From Leptolyngbyaceae cyanobacterium (lineage in GTDB: Bacteria > Cyanobacteriota > Cyanobacteriia > Phormidesmidales > Phormidesmidaceae): a DNA stretch of 64,000 nt. The notes under the pieces were generated by a model, which saw nothing but the letters and a program-made list of their open reading frames with translations, was not told the origin of the DNA and ran no database searches. The translations under genes and the position numbers were made by a program. The stretch covers positions 192,001 through 256,000 of the forward strand of contig CBDHHL010000048.1 in NCBI GenBank assembly GCA_965263355.1. Reading direction: 5' to 3'. Each line of letters begins with the position of its first letter. Position 1 is the first letter of the stretch. Of this stretch, positions 50,306 to 60,389 are shown one piece after another.

Positions 50306-52912
50306 TTAGCACCACAAAGATGGACGACTAATGCCATACCCTTGGACAAAGTCGACGCCAATAGATTGCATTTTAGCCAGAATTGACTCATTTTCTACGG
50401 ATTCAGCAATGGTCTGTAAACCCATAACACTGCCAACTCGATGGATCGACTCAACAATAGCCTCGGTTGTAGAGTCTGTTGTTATATCTTGGATAAAATC
50501 ACCATCAATTTTGAGAAAATCAACGGGTAATGCCTTTAAATAGGCAAATGAAGACATACCACTGCCAAAATCGTCTAAAGCAAAGCGACATCCTAATCGA
50601 CTCAGCGCTCGAATAAATGACGTCGCCCCTTTAAAGTCAGAGATAGCAGCTGTTTCCGTAATTTCAAAACAAATCACGTCAGGCGGCACACTAAACCGCT
50701 GAAATTGAGCAATCACAAACTCAAGAAACTGCTCATCATTAAGGCTATCACCAGAGAGATTAATACTATAAAGGATATTTCCAACACCTTCTTTGAGCAA
50801 TTTTTCTAAATTTAATAAACAAGTTTGTATAATCCAGCGATCTAACATAGGCATCAAACCATATCGTTCAGCTGCTGGGATAAATTCTGCTGGAGAGATG
50901 CTCTCTCCAGATTCCTTCAGCATACGCACAAGCACCTCGTAAAAATCAATCAATGACCGTTCAGAATTCAGCGTTTGTACAATTTTCTGACGATAGAGAC
51001 AAAAGCGATTATTCTCAAGTGCTTGACGGATAACAACACTCCAATGCCGTTCTTGTCGCTGTTGGCTCAGCTCAGCATTATCTTTTTGATAAATCTGAAT
51101 GCGATTACGGCCTCGATACTTAGCGGCATAACAGGCAGCATCGGCAGCACTCATGACAGCTATAGCATCTGTACTATTAGTGTCTACAGCCACTAGACCA
51201 ATACTCACACCAATCCGAAAAACTTGATCCTGCCAAACAAATGGATAATCTGCTATCGCCTGACGTAGGTTTTCAGCAATGTTCACAGCCTGCTCCATCG
51301 GGCATTGCGTGAGTAAAATACCAAACTCGTCCCCTCCAAGCCGAGCCACCGTATCTGCAGCTCGCGTGTGACATTTTAGCAAGCGGGCTAACTGCCGCAA
51401 TAGTTCATCCCCTGCTAGATGACCACTCGTGTCATTCACCACCTTAAATTGATCAAGATCTAAATAACAAAATACATGGTGCTGATTTTGTTGCACTGCC
51501 GTTAGCACCATCTCCTCCAATTCAGCTTCAAAATAGCGACGATTATACAATTCTGTTAATGCGTCATGGCTGGCTTGCCAACTCAGCTGTCTTGCCATAG
51601 CACGAGACTGGGTAACATCGTGAAACACCATAACAACGCCAATCATTTTTTGTTGTCGGTTCAGGATAGGCGCAGCTGAATCCTCGATACTAAATTCGTG
51701 ACCATCACGACGAACCAAAACTGTATGATTCGCCAAACCTGTCACCAAGCCATTTGCTAGGACCTGCTCTACAGGATTCACAGCAGGCTCTCGCGTCGTT
51801 TCATGAATAACATTGAAAACTTCAGAAAGGGGATGCCCGTGGGCTGCCTGGGTTGACCACCCTGTCATAACTTCGGCAACAGGATTTAGATAATTCACTC
51901 GACCAACAGAATCGGTCGTAATAACAGCATCACCAATGGAATCGAGGGTGACTTGAGCAATTTCTTTTTCGGTTTCTAGGGCCACTTCCAACAGCTTACG
52001 GTTGGTGATATCGGTAATGGTACCAACATAGCCACTTAAATCACCACTAGTGTCGTACTCAGCAACAGCCTGACCAACCACCCAGGTCACTTCACCCGCT
52101 GGTGTCTGAAATCGATATTCGGATTCAAACGGTTGGTTAGTTTGAGCGGCATGGTACCAGTCATGGGACACCCGGGCTCGATCACCAGAATGAATAGCGC
52201 TCACCCAACCTGAGCCTAACGCTTGCTCAATTGAGAGACCTGCAATATCGCACCAGTGTTGATTAACATAGACACAATCACCTTGAGAATCAGTTCGAAA
52301 GATTCCTACAGGTACAGCTGCTGCCAGATTAGCATAGTGATTTCGACTTTCCTTAAATTGAGATGTTTGCGATTTAAGTAGTGATAAATTTTCATCTTGC
52401 AGGCAAGTCAGCTCCTCCCTAAGAATTTGAATAGTTTGATACATATCTGATGGCTCTAGCATTGACAGGATACTGGTTTGGGTAACAACCCCCAGTAATT
52501 TTCCCTGGCTATCTAATACCGGTAAATAGCGAATACGGTGCCGCTTGAAAAGGGCAATGACATCAAATGGATGCGCTAAGTCTTTGGCCGTAATCGCGAT
52601 AACATTAGTTGCCATGACGTCAGCAACCGTAAAAGCCTGCAAATCTCTGGCCTGAGAAATAACCTTAACAACATCATGTTCAGTGAAAATACCGAGTAAC
52701 TGCTCCCCTGACATAACAAGACAGTAACTAGTTGCAATGGGGGGTCTACCGACTAGGGTTCCAGGGGAATTCACATGCCCCTGCGACATCCACTGTATAA
52801 CCTGACGTAAGGAAGCATTAGGTTCTACAACTAAAGGGAATTGATCAATATCAACTCGCTTAACAAACCCATCCATTATTTGGATAGAGAACTTATTATT
52901 TTCAGGCTCCAT
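50306..52912 (-). CDS. CBS-PAS-PAS-GGDEF-EAL c-di-GMP signalling protein
   Basis: CBS pair (GIFTEHD; LPVLD), two PAS/PAC (DIT; DVT), RLGGDEF, EVLVR, DDFGSG, KIDG, QGY. Confidence 0.92.
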   Translation of the reverse strand: MEPENNKFSIQIMDGFVKRVDIDQFPLVVEPNASLRQVIQWMSQGHVNSPGTLVGRPPIATSYCLVMSGEQLLGIFTEHDVVKVISQARDLQAFTVADVMATNVIAITAKDLAHPFDVIALFKRHRIRYLPVLDSQGKLLGVVTQTSILSMLEPSDMYQTIQILREELTCLQDENLSLLKSQTSQFKESRNHYANLAAAVPVGIFRTDSQGDCVYVNQHWCDIAGLSIEQALGSGWVSAIHSGDRARVSHDWYHAAQTNQPFESEYRFQTPAGEVTWVVGQAVAEYDTSGDLSGYVGTITDITNRKLLEVALETEKEIAQVTLDSIGDAVITTDSVGRVNYLNPVAEVMTGWSTQAAHGHPLSEVFNVIHETTREPAVNPVEQVLANGLVTGLANHTVLVRRDGHEFSIEDSAAPILNRQQKMIGVVMVFHDVTQSRAMARQLSWQASHDALTELYNRRYFEAELEEMVLTAVQQNQHHVFCYLDLDQFKVVNDTSGHLAGDELLRQLARLLKCHTRAADTVARLGGDEFGILLTQCPMEQAVNIAENLRQAIADYPFVWQDQVFRIGVSIGLVAVDTNSTDAIAVMSAADAACYAAKYRGRNRIQIYQKDNAELSQQRQERHWSVVIRQALENNRFCLYRQKIVQTLNSERSLIDFYEVLVRMLKESGESISPAEFIPAAERYGLMPMLDRWIIQTCLLNLEKLLKEGVGNILYSINLSGDSLNDEQFLEFVIAQFQRFSVPPDVICFEITETAAISDFKGATSFIRALSRLGCRFALDDFGSGMSSFAYLKALPVDFLKIDGDFIQDITTDSTTEAIVESIHRVGSVMGLQTIAESVENESILAKMQSIGVDFVQGYGISRPSLWC

Positions 52913-53376
52913 GGGCACTAAATATTGCCATCAAACATAAAAGTACGAATAGTATTAGCAGGCTATAAACCAAACGGTTTAGCCACAAATAGGTTCATAG
53001 ACAAGTACTACATTCCAAACCCAAGAAGATAAATTAATGGTGAACATGTTACTACGTGAGAAGCTTAAATCACCAGCAAAATCATGTTATTGATCAAAAA
53101 AAAGACCGAACACAACCTTAACCTTATTGATTAAAACCAATGTGTTCAAGGAGTTCTTTGGATATTGAAATTGCTGCAAAATTGACCTTTAAAATATAAA
53201 AATTCGCGTATCGCATTTAACATAAGATACACCATATTTTATGAAGGTCACAGGATAACGGTTGCTACAACAGAAACCTCAACAGCCTGAATCAATCTTT
53301 ATAAGGGTAATTGAAGGATTTTTCCGTTACAAAAGTGTATTTATTTTGCTTATGTTGGTTATCTAGCTAGCCTAAG

Positions 53377-56300
53377 TTAGACTTCACTCATCAACTTTAA
53401 TAACTCATTAGTAGAAAGCTTACCGCTCATATCAGAACCTTCTAGTAAGCTATCGGCAAGATCACGTTTTTTATTGTGCAGGTCGACGATTTTCTCTTCG
53501 ATCGTACCCTTCGTAACTAGGCGATAAATGGTCACTGGACGAACTTGTCCAATGCGATGGGCCCGATCTGAGGCCTGGTCTTCCACAGCTGGATTCCACC
53601 AAGGATCCATGTGAATAACATAGTCAGCAGCTGTCAAATTTAGACCAGTACCACCGGCTTTCAGGCTAATTAGAAATACATTACCCTGACCAGACTGAAA
53701 CGCATCTACACGCTGCTTACGTTGTTTAGCGGGCGTACTACCATCTAGATACTGATAGGCAATCGTCTGTTCATCTAAGTACTGCTTTAAAATTGTTAAA
53801 TGATCAACGAACTGACTAAATACCAACGCTTTATGGCGGTTGCTGAGCAATTCGTCTAAGATTTCTCCAAAAAGTTGTAGCTTGGCGCTTGTCGGGGCCA
53901 TATCCGGCACGACCAACTTAGGATTGCAACACATACGCCGTAGTCGGGTAATTTCGGCCAGGACCTGTAGGTGCTTGGTACCGGCTTTGGCATCGGTGGT
54001 AGTGAGTTTTGCGATCGCATCCCGTCGCAGGGCTTCATACAATGCCTTTTCTTCGGTACTCAGCTCTACATGGAGGGTAATCTCAGTACGCGAAGGCAGC
54101 TCATCCAACACCTGGGCTTTTGTACGCCGCAGCATAAAGGGTTGAATCAGTTTCTTAAGCCGCAGACGGGCCTGTTTATCTTGATGACGTTCAATGGGAA
54201 TGGCAAACCGCTCGTTAAACTTATCTAACGACCCCAACAAACCAGGATTAATAAATCGGAACAAATTCCATAGCTCTCCCAAATGGTTTTCAATCGGGGT
54301 CCCTGTGGTCACCACCTTAAACCTCCCTTGAAGCCTCATCGCTGCCTGGGAGCGTTTAGTCGCACTATTTTTAATCGCTTGAGCCTCATCTAGAACAATG
54401 GTTTGCCAGTCCACTTCAGCTAATAATTCTGCCACTTCTGGCTGTTGCAATAGGCCATAGCTACACACCAGTAAATCAAACCCACTCAGCTGATCCACCA
54501 AGGCCTGACGGTTACTACTCCCAAACTGCACAACATTCAAAGTAGGGGCAAACCGTTGAGCTTCACTTATCCAGTTAGCGCCAACACTAGTAGGAGCCAC
54601 CACCAATGTCGGGCCGTTGGGAGCCCGTAATAAAATGACGGCCAACGCCTGGAGAGTTTTACCTAAGCCCATATCATCGGCTAAACAAGCTCCTACCCCC
54701 CAATGGGCCAACTGAGCCAACCAATGAAATCCCTCCTGCTGATAGTCTCGCAGTTCAGCCTGCAGCGTCGAAGGCACCTCAGGGGTAATTGTTTTAGACT
54801 CTTTTAGCCTCTTAATATGAGACTTCCAGGTTTTATCTGCCTTCAGCTGTCCCACTTCATCCAGCGTTTCTTCAAGGGCTAGAGCAGCCAGGGGATGAAA
54901 CCGAGCCCCCTTACCATGGCGCTCTGAATAAGCCCGAAACTCATCCAACCGTTTACGGAAAGCCTGGGTCAATGCTAAAAATTGACCATCTCCAATGGGT
55001 ACGAACCGACTTGATGTTTGCTCCAACAACGATAGGAGTGCCTGCATATCCATCACACTACCATCATCTAACTCCAGCTCCCCGCTGACAGAAAACCAGT
55101 CTTTTTCTTGTTTAATTTGCAACCGCCAACCATCAATACCGGCTTTATTGCGAATCTTGAGTTTCTCTCCCTCGGGCCATTCTAAAACAATATTTTCTTC
55201 TAAAGCTTCCAGCTGTAGTAACAATTCTAGACAGATTTCTGGCTCATCTAATATCCATTCACTCCCTGACTCTTCTCCAGACTGCAGTGCTGGACAAGCT
55301 TGTTGTACATCTTGAGCAAGCCGTATTTCCATAGAGAGATCGCGGGTCGCTTGGGAGCGCTTGCCGTCAATTTCAGCAATTACCGTTTTACGGCCAGCAC
55401 CTGGCGGATAATAGGCCCCAGAGTTGGGAAAGGGGCGGGTCAACATCGATAACTTGAGACCATCACCTGCAGGCATCAAATGTACATGAGGTTTAGCATC
55501 CGCTTCGATGGTTTCCACATCGGTCATGTCGCCACCGATATCGGAATGAATGGTCACCATGCTCGACATTGATTGAATCGCTGCCAACACTTGACCTTGA
55601 CCTGCAGCAGGCACCGTCAGTTGATTCCGTTTACCCAAAACCTCAGCAATGCGCTGATGTTCTACATTGATTTCCAACACTTTGATCCGAGTCGGTGTTT
55701 CTTTCACCAATGTGATGCCTTCACTAGGAGTAATTTCCGGCTCCATGCGCAGCGTTAAAGTACCGTCACCTGACTGCTCAATCACCAGTTCTGGAGTAGC
55801 CGCAACAATCTCTAAACGAACAGTAGGAGACTCTTCCCAAAATACAAACGGGTGACCCACCAACACTTTAATGGCATCGCGACTAAGGGCATATTGAGTA
55901 CCCGAATAGTAATCATACTTAATGTAATTGCAGGCTTGCAGATCTTGAGCTGTCAGATAATCAAATTCTGTCGCGTTCTTAGCTAACCGACTAAGTGCGA
56001 TGACACGCCCCTTGGTCCAGATGCCTTTAGCCGTGAGTTTTTGTTCTCTGGGTTGGAGTAACCAGTGCTTTGTATATAAGGTCAAAAACCAGGCTAACCG
56101 TCGCTCTGTTTTAGGATTATTACTCGTTGTTACAGTAGCCAGGTTGGTTAATGCTTTTAGGCTTAGTTCCCAAGTACTCTGTGGCTCTAGGGTATCGGCA
56201 ATAGAGACTTGCAGTTGCTGACCGCCCCAATGAGCATAATCACTGGCAGGAACCAGACGCCCTAAAATCTCAACCGCCTCTGCCGCCAGCCAATATAGTC

Positions 56301-57579
56301 CAGCATCATCTGCCAGTTCTGCAAACAAGGCTAAGGGACGCGGCACAGCAGCCTTAGCCTCATCTAAGTCAAGCCAGTAAAGACAGAGCATGCTAAAAAA
56401 CATACCAAAACTATCGTCTTCATCGTCGCCGTAACATTCAATCAGCTCCAATAACCTTTGACGGGCAGAGAGCTGCCCCTGATGCAGTACGGCAAGTTCA
56501 TGCAATAGATGATAAGCATTACTCAAATAGCCAGCGCTTTGCATCAGCGGTTTACTCAATGCCACCGCTTCTTTAAGCTGGTTTGGCTGCCCTGATTTGA
56601 GCAATGCCAACATGTAAAACAATCCAGCGATGCCTCCAATAACCGCTTTTTTACCCAACTGTTTACGGGCCAGCTTGTTGGCGCTTGTGTAGTAGTTCAG
56701 AGAGAGTGTTAGGTCTCCTTGCAACATCGCTAAGGCACCACGCAACGCAGTTGCATAAGCTTGAGACTGCTCGTCAATGGTGTTATCGAGAATGGTTTCG
56801 ACATCGGCAAAGCGATGACGCAATAAATACTGTTCTCCTAACAAAACATTAAACTCGCCGCCAGTCCCCTGATTTTCTTCTAATAGTTCTAATAGTTCAT
56901 CTGCAGGCTCTAATCGGGCAGTGGCACTAGTCAGCAGAATTTTTAGTACACTACCGTAATGTTCAGGGGGGAGTTTAGGCAGCCAGCTGGCATCAAATGG
57001 ATTGCTGGCAACATCCATCAGAAAATTTTCTAGGGCAACAGGCGTGGCATAGTAGTTGTAATTGCTATAGTCGAGAAACAGCTGGGGGAGCATCTCATAG
57101 TCTCCCTCGTATAGAGCTAGACGGGCTTCACGATAGAGTTCGTCTTTAGAGCGACAAATATGACGGATGCGATTTATTCGACCACTTTGGCGACGGGGAT
57201 GAAAGATCGATTTAACAGCCTGAAACATGGGCTCAAAGTGGTCCGATTCCACTACCTCCCGTGTCACCATTTCCACAATCAAAGGATGGCATTGGGGCAG
57301 ATGCCCTGCACCGTAGATGAGAATCTGATGCTCCATCAAATTCGTAATCTGGGGCCTTAGATTACTGGGTGTAATCGTTTTTCCAGTGGCAGTAGTGACC
57401 TTAATATGATTGAGAGCTGCAGCGATGTTAGCCAGACTGGTAGGCCCGTAAAAAACGGAGAGCAGTTGGACAATGTTTTGACGTAATGGCGTTTGCTGCT
57501 GATAAATTTCAAAGAGCTGCGATCGCAACTCCTCAAAATCAAAATCAAACTCGGCCTCGTCATCTATCCAGCTATCCAT
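53377..57579 (-). CDS. Large SNF2-family helicase/translocase
   Basis: LRDYQ, LADDMGLGKT, DEAQ, TGTPIEN, LRRTK, FSQF, GGTGLNLT, WWNPAVEDQASDRAHRIGQ. Confidence 0.93.
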   Translation of the reverse strand: MDSWIDDEAEFDFDFEELRSQLFEIYQQQTPLRQNIVQLLSVFYGPTSLANIAAALNHIKVTTATGKTITPSNLRPQITNLMEHQILIYGAGHLPQCHPLIVEMVTREVVESDHFEPMFQAVKSIFHPRRQSGRINRIRHICRSKDELYREARLALYEGDYEMLPQLFLDYSNYNYYATPVALENFLMDVASNPFDASWLPKLPPEHYGSVLKILLTSATARLEPADELLELLEENQGTGGEFNVLLGEQYLLRHRFADVETILDNTIDEQSQAYATALRGALAMLQGDLTLSLNYYTSANKLARKQLGKKAVIGGIAGLFYMLALLKSGQPNQLKEAVALSKPLMQSAGYLSNAYHLLHELAVLHQGQLSARQRLLELIECYGDDEDDSFGMFFSMLCLYWLDLDEAKAAVPRPLALFAELADDAGLYWLAAEAVEILGRLVPASDYAHWGGQQLQVSIADTLEPQSTWELSLKALTNLATVTTSNNPKTERRLAWFLTLYTKHWLLQPREQKLTAKGIWTKGRVIALSRLAKNATEFDYLTAQDLQACNYIKYDYYSGTQYALSRDAIKVLVGHPFVFWEESPTVRLEIVAATPELVIEQSGDGTLTLRMEPEITPSEGITLVKETPTRIKVLEINVEHQRIAEVLGKRNQLTVPAAGQGQVLAAIQSMSSMVTIHSDIGGDMTDVETIEADAKPHVHLMPAGDGLKLSMLTRPFPNSGAYYPPGAGRKTVIAEIDGKRSQATRDLSMEIRLAQDVQQACPALQSGEESGSEWILDEPEICLELLLQLEALEENIVLEWPEGEKLKIRNKAGIDGWRLQIKQEKDWFSVSGELELDDGSVMDMQALLSLLEQTSSRFVPIGDGQFLALTQAFRKRLDEFRAYSERHGKGARFHPLAALALEETLDEVGQLKADKTWKSHIKRLKESKTITPEVPSTLQAELRDYQQEGFHWLAQLAHWGVGACLADDMGLGKTLQALAVILLRAPNGPTLVVAPTSVGANWISEAQRFAPTLNVVQFGSSNRQALVDQLSGFDLLVCSYGLLQQPEVAELLAEVDWQTIVLDEAQAIKNSATKRSQAAMRLQGRFKVVTTGTPIENHLGELWNLFRFINPGLLGSLDKFNERFAIPIERHQDKQARLRLKKLIQPFMLRRTKAQVLDELPSRTEITLHVELSTEEKALYEALRRDAIAKLTTTDAKAGTKHLQVLAEITRLRRMCCNPKLVVPDMAPTSAKLQLFGEILDELLSNRHKALVFSQFVDHLTILKQYLDEQTIAYQYLDGSTPAKQRKQRVDAFQSGQGNVFLISLKAGGTGLNLTAADYVIHMDPWWNPAVEDQASDRAHRIGQVRPVTIYRLVTKGTIEEKIVDLHNKKRDLADSLLEGSDMSGKLSTNELLKLMSEV

Positions 57580-57775
57580 CTAAATCACCCATCTGAGCGC
57601 CTAAATGCTTAATTATATAAGTTTTAGCTGATGAATAGGTACTTTCAAGAATAGTTTAAGGTCTACAGAAAAGGGTGGGGAGCGTCAAAGCTAAAAAGTT
57701 CGGATTAGTTACTGATAAAGAGTAGAGGGTAAAGATTAGACCAGTTTTACCCAAAATCCTAGGTTTGACAGACCA

Positions 57776-58792
57776 CTAGGCCGCAAAACGACGGTTGGTG
57801 GATGCAGCCACATATTTACTCTGGCGGCATGAGGGAGGTACCTGCCGCAGGCGATGGAGCAGAATCAGGGACTTGAATTCTAAGTCCCGACAGTTCAAGG
57901 GCTGAATAAACTTATCTAACGGGTTGAGATCCACCACAAACTGGCCTAATTGCATACCAATGGGCTCTAAATGGTTGCCCTTGAGTAACCGTCGGCGAAT
58001 GTGGGGTTGTTCTTGCATAAGCTGTTGACAGGTATTAGCAGTTTTGCGATCGCGAGCAAATTGGATTAACCCCGTCAATCGGAATAACTGACTATGCTCA
58101 ATGAGCTGATGGGTCTGTTCAACAGTCGGAGACACCAGCTGGAGATTACCTACGGACAGTTGCAGCAACTTGACCAGGATAGGGTCTGTTAGCGTCGGAG
58201 CCAACAACAGAGAAGCCTGATGCGTAATCGATGGTTGACCCTCATCAAGGGGATGGCCAGTCAGCCGTTGGATATGTTTTTCTATCAGTTTTACACGATT
58301 GCTCAGACAGGACAATCCCCGTTGAATTACCTGCAGCTGACGATGACCAGCCCCATTCTGACCATACTCTTGACAGTTCCCTGCTAAGCCATCCATGGGA
58401 GAACTCAACAGTTCTAACAGCATGATGTACTTACACCCCAGGCCATGACCTATCCATGTATAGTTAGCCGCGTCTAAATAAACCGCTGGATCGTAGCCTT
58501 TAGCCATCGCCATCTCAATCATGGCAGCCCGTAGCGTATAGTGCTGGTCTAAAAGATCAATGGCAATGGCCCAATGGTGAAGGGTAAACCGAAACGGCAA
58601 GGCTACAATTGTATAGCCCGCATCAAAGAGACTTTTGAGAAAGTGACGATAGGAGAGTGTGGGGAATATGCCGAATAAAGCCTCACCCACAAATTGAATG
58701 ATACCTTTGGGTTGAGGATGCAGGGCTACCCAGCTATGGGAACAGGGTAGAAATTGAAATTCAGCGGCCATACTAGGTAACGATAAAACCAT
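57776..58792 (-). CDS. DUF1350 alpha/beta-hydrolase-fold protein with GHGLG in place of the nucleophile motif
   Basis: SHSWVALHPQPKGIIQF, PT..YR, LPFRFT..HW, WIGHGLGCK, LKGNHLEP. Confidence 0.78.
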   Translation of the reverse strand: MVLSLPSMAAEFQFLPCSHSWVALHPQPKGIIQFVGEALFGIFPTLSYRHFLKSLFDAGYTIVALPFRFTLHHWAIAIDLLDQHYTLRAAMIEMAMAKGYDPAVYLDAANYTWIGHGLGCKYIMLLELLSSPMDGLAGNCQEYGQNGAGHRQLQVIQRGLSCLSNRVKLIEKHIQRLTGHPLDEGQPSITHQASLLLAPTLTDPILVKLLQLSVGNLQLVSPTVEQTHQLIEHSQLFRLTGLIQFARDRKTANTCQQLMQEQPHIRRRLLKGNHLEPIGMQLGQFVVDLNPLDKFIQPLNCRDLEFKSLILLHRLRQVPPSCRQSKYVAASTNRRFAA

Positions 58793-58997
58793 AGTGAAAT
58801 AATGTATAAAAAGACTCCTAGAGCCGCAGTAGATATTCAATACTTCTGATGTTTACTCCAGTACTATTGAGCATTCCGGATAGTCCACTAAAACCATACA
58901 GAACGAGACAAGTCAGCCCCAAAAGTACACAAACGGGTACTAGTCACAGGCACTGTTTCTAAGCCACGGTAGCAACAGCTCGCATCGTGAGTAAAAC

Positions 58998-59163
58998 AGT
59001 ACATGACTGGTTCAATATCCGAGTCAACCTATGTACTTGCATCAGGGTTGGGGAGTTATCGTTCTCCCCCAGTGATTCTCGCAGTGCGAGAATCTGTGTC
59101 TTCCACAGTGGGAATAAGTCTCTAAGTGAGGGGTTGTTTATTTTTAGCGACTCCTCTTTTTTT
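58998..59163 (+). ncRNA. Candidate structured sRNA (or 40-aa small ORF transcript) with intrinsic terminator
   Basis: Four consecutive hairpins plus a strand-specific terminator (59128-59156, T7); both flanking genes are on the minus strand. Confidence 0.45.
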
Positions 59164-59225
59164 AGTTTTTATCAAACTTACTAAGTAGACAGAATTGCAA
59201 TGCCCTACCTGCTCAATAAAGAATT

Positions 59226-60200
59226 TTAATCCGTCTGGATCAACCCCGTTGATTCAGGTAGCCCCAACATAATGTTCAGATTTTGCACAGCAGCCCCTGA
59301 GGCCCCTTTACCTAAGTTATCCAACCGTGCAATCACAACAGCCTCACAAGTATCGTCGTTAGCAAAGACGAACAACTGAACCTGATTTGTTCCATTAACC
59401 GCTTTGGTATCAAGGAATTTGCCATCTCGCAATCCATCATTAGCATCCCCTAAGGTATGCACCTGCACAAACGACTCCTTGGCATAGTAATCGGCCAATG
59501 CATCCCTCAACTGCTGACCAGTAGGGGAGGGCTCTAAAGTCCACAGAGGCAGCGGAATTTGCACTAACATACCCTGCTCAAAGGCCCCTACTGCTGGTAG
59601 AAATAAGGGCCCATGGACCAAGCCAGAGTATTGGTGCATTTCCTTAACGTGTTTGTGGCCAAACGTCAGACCATAGATGCCATAGGGATATTTAGGTTCG
59701 GACTCCCCCCGATACTCACTGTAGGTCTCGATCAGCTGTCGTCCGCCCCCGGAATACCCAGAAATGGCATTAATAGTCACTGGAAAATCGGCAGGAATCA
59801 ACCCAGAGGCCACTAGTGGTTTCATGGCCGCTAAAAATCCGGTGGGATAACAGCCTGGATTACTCACTCGCTGGGCTTTTGCGATCGCATCCCGCTGCCC
59901 CGGTGCTAGCTCTGGAAATCCATAAACCCAATTTGGATCAGTGCGGTGGGCCGTACTGGCATCCAAAATTTTGACGCTGGGACTAGAAACCAATCCAACT
60001 ACCTCGCGGGCCGCTGCATCCGGCAAACATAAAATCGCCACATCAACAGCATCAATCATGTGGGCTCGTTCTACCACGTCTTTACGCTTAGCAGGGTCAA
60101 TGCTGACAACGGTGAGATCGTCTCGCTGGGCTAGACGGGTATAAATTTGTAGCCCGGTTGTACCCGCTTCACCATCAATAAAAACCCTGGGCTGAACCAT
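59226..60200 (-). CDS. argC: N-acetyl-gamma-glutamyl-phosphate reductase (type 2)
   Basis: VFIDGEAGTTGLQI, DASTAHR, SNPGCYPTG, SGYSGGG, DNLGKGASGAAVQN. Confidence 0.95.
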   Translation of the reverse strand: MVQPRVFIDGEAGTTGLQIYTRLAQRDDLTVVSIDPAKRKDVVERAHMIDAVDVAILCLPDAAAREVVGLVSSPSVKILDASTAHRTDPNWVYGFPELAPGQRDAIAKAQRVSNPGCYPTGFLAAMKPLVASGLIPADFPVTINAISGYSGGGRQLIETYSEYRGESEPKYPYGIYGLTFGHKHVKEMHQYSGLVHGPLFLPAVGAFEQGMLVQIPLPLWTLEPSPTGQQLRDALADYYAKESFVQVHTLGDANDGLRDGKFLDTKAVNGTNQVQLFVFANDDTCEAVVIARLDNLGKGASGAAVQNLNIMLGLPESTGLIQTD

Positions 60201-60389
60201 GGGACAACTCCTGATCAATCAATTAAAACCTATCTGTGCATTTTATCGGGCTATGCTTCCAATAAAGCAACCCATATGAGGGCGTTAGCCTATAGAGGCA
60301 GTGCCTGTGAGGGTTTCAATTGTCTGATTCGCTACCTGAGCTATGCAATCGGGCATTCTGATGAATGATTGCCACACCATCGATATGAA

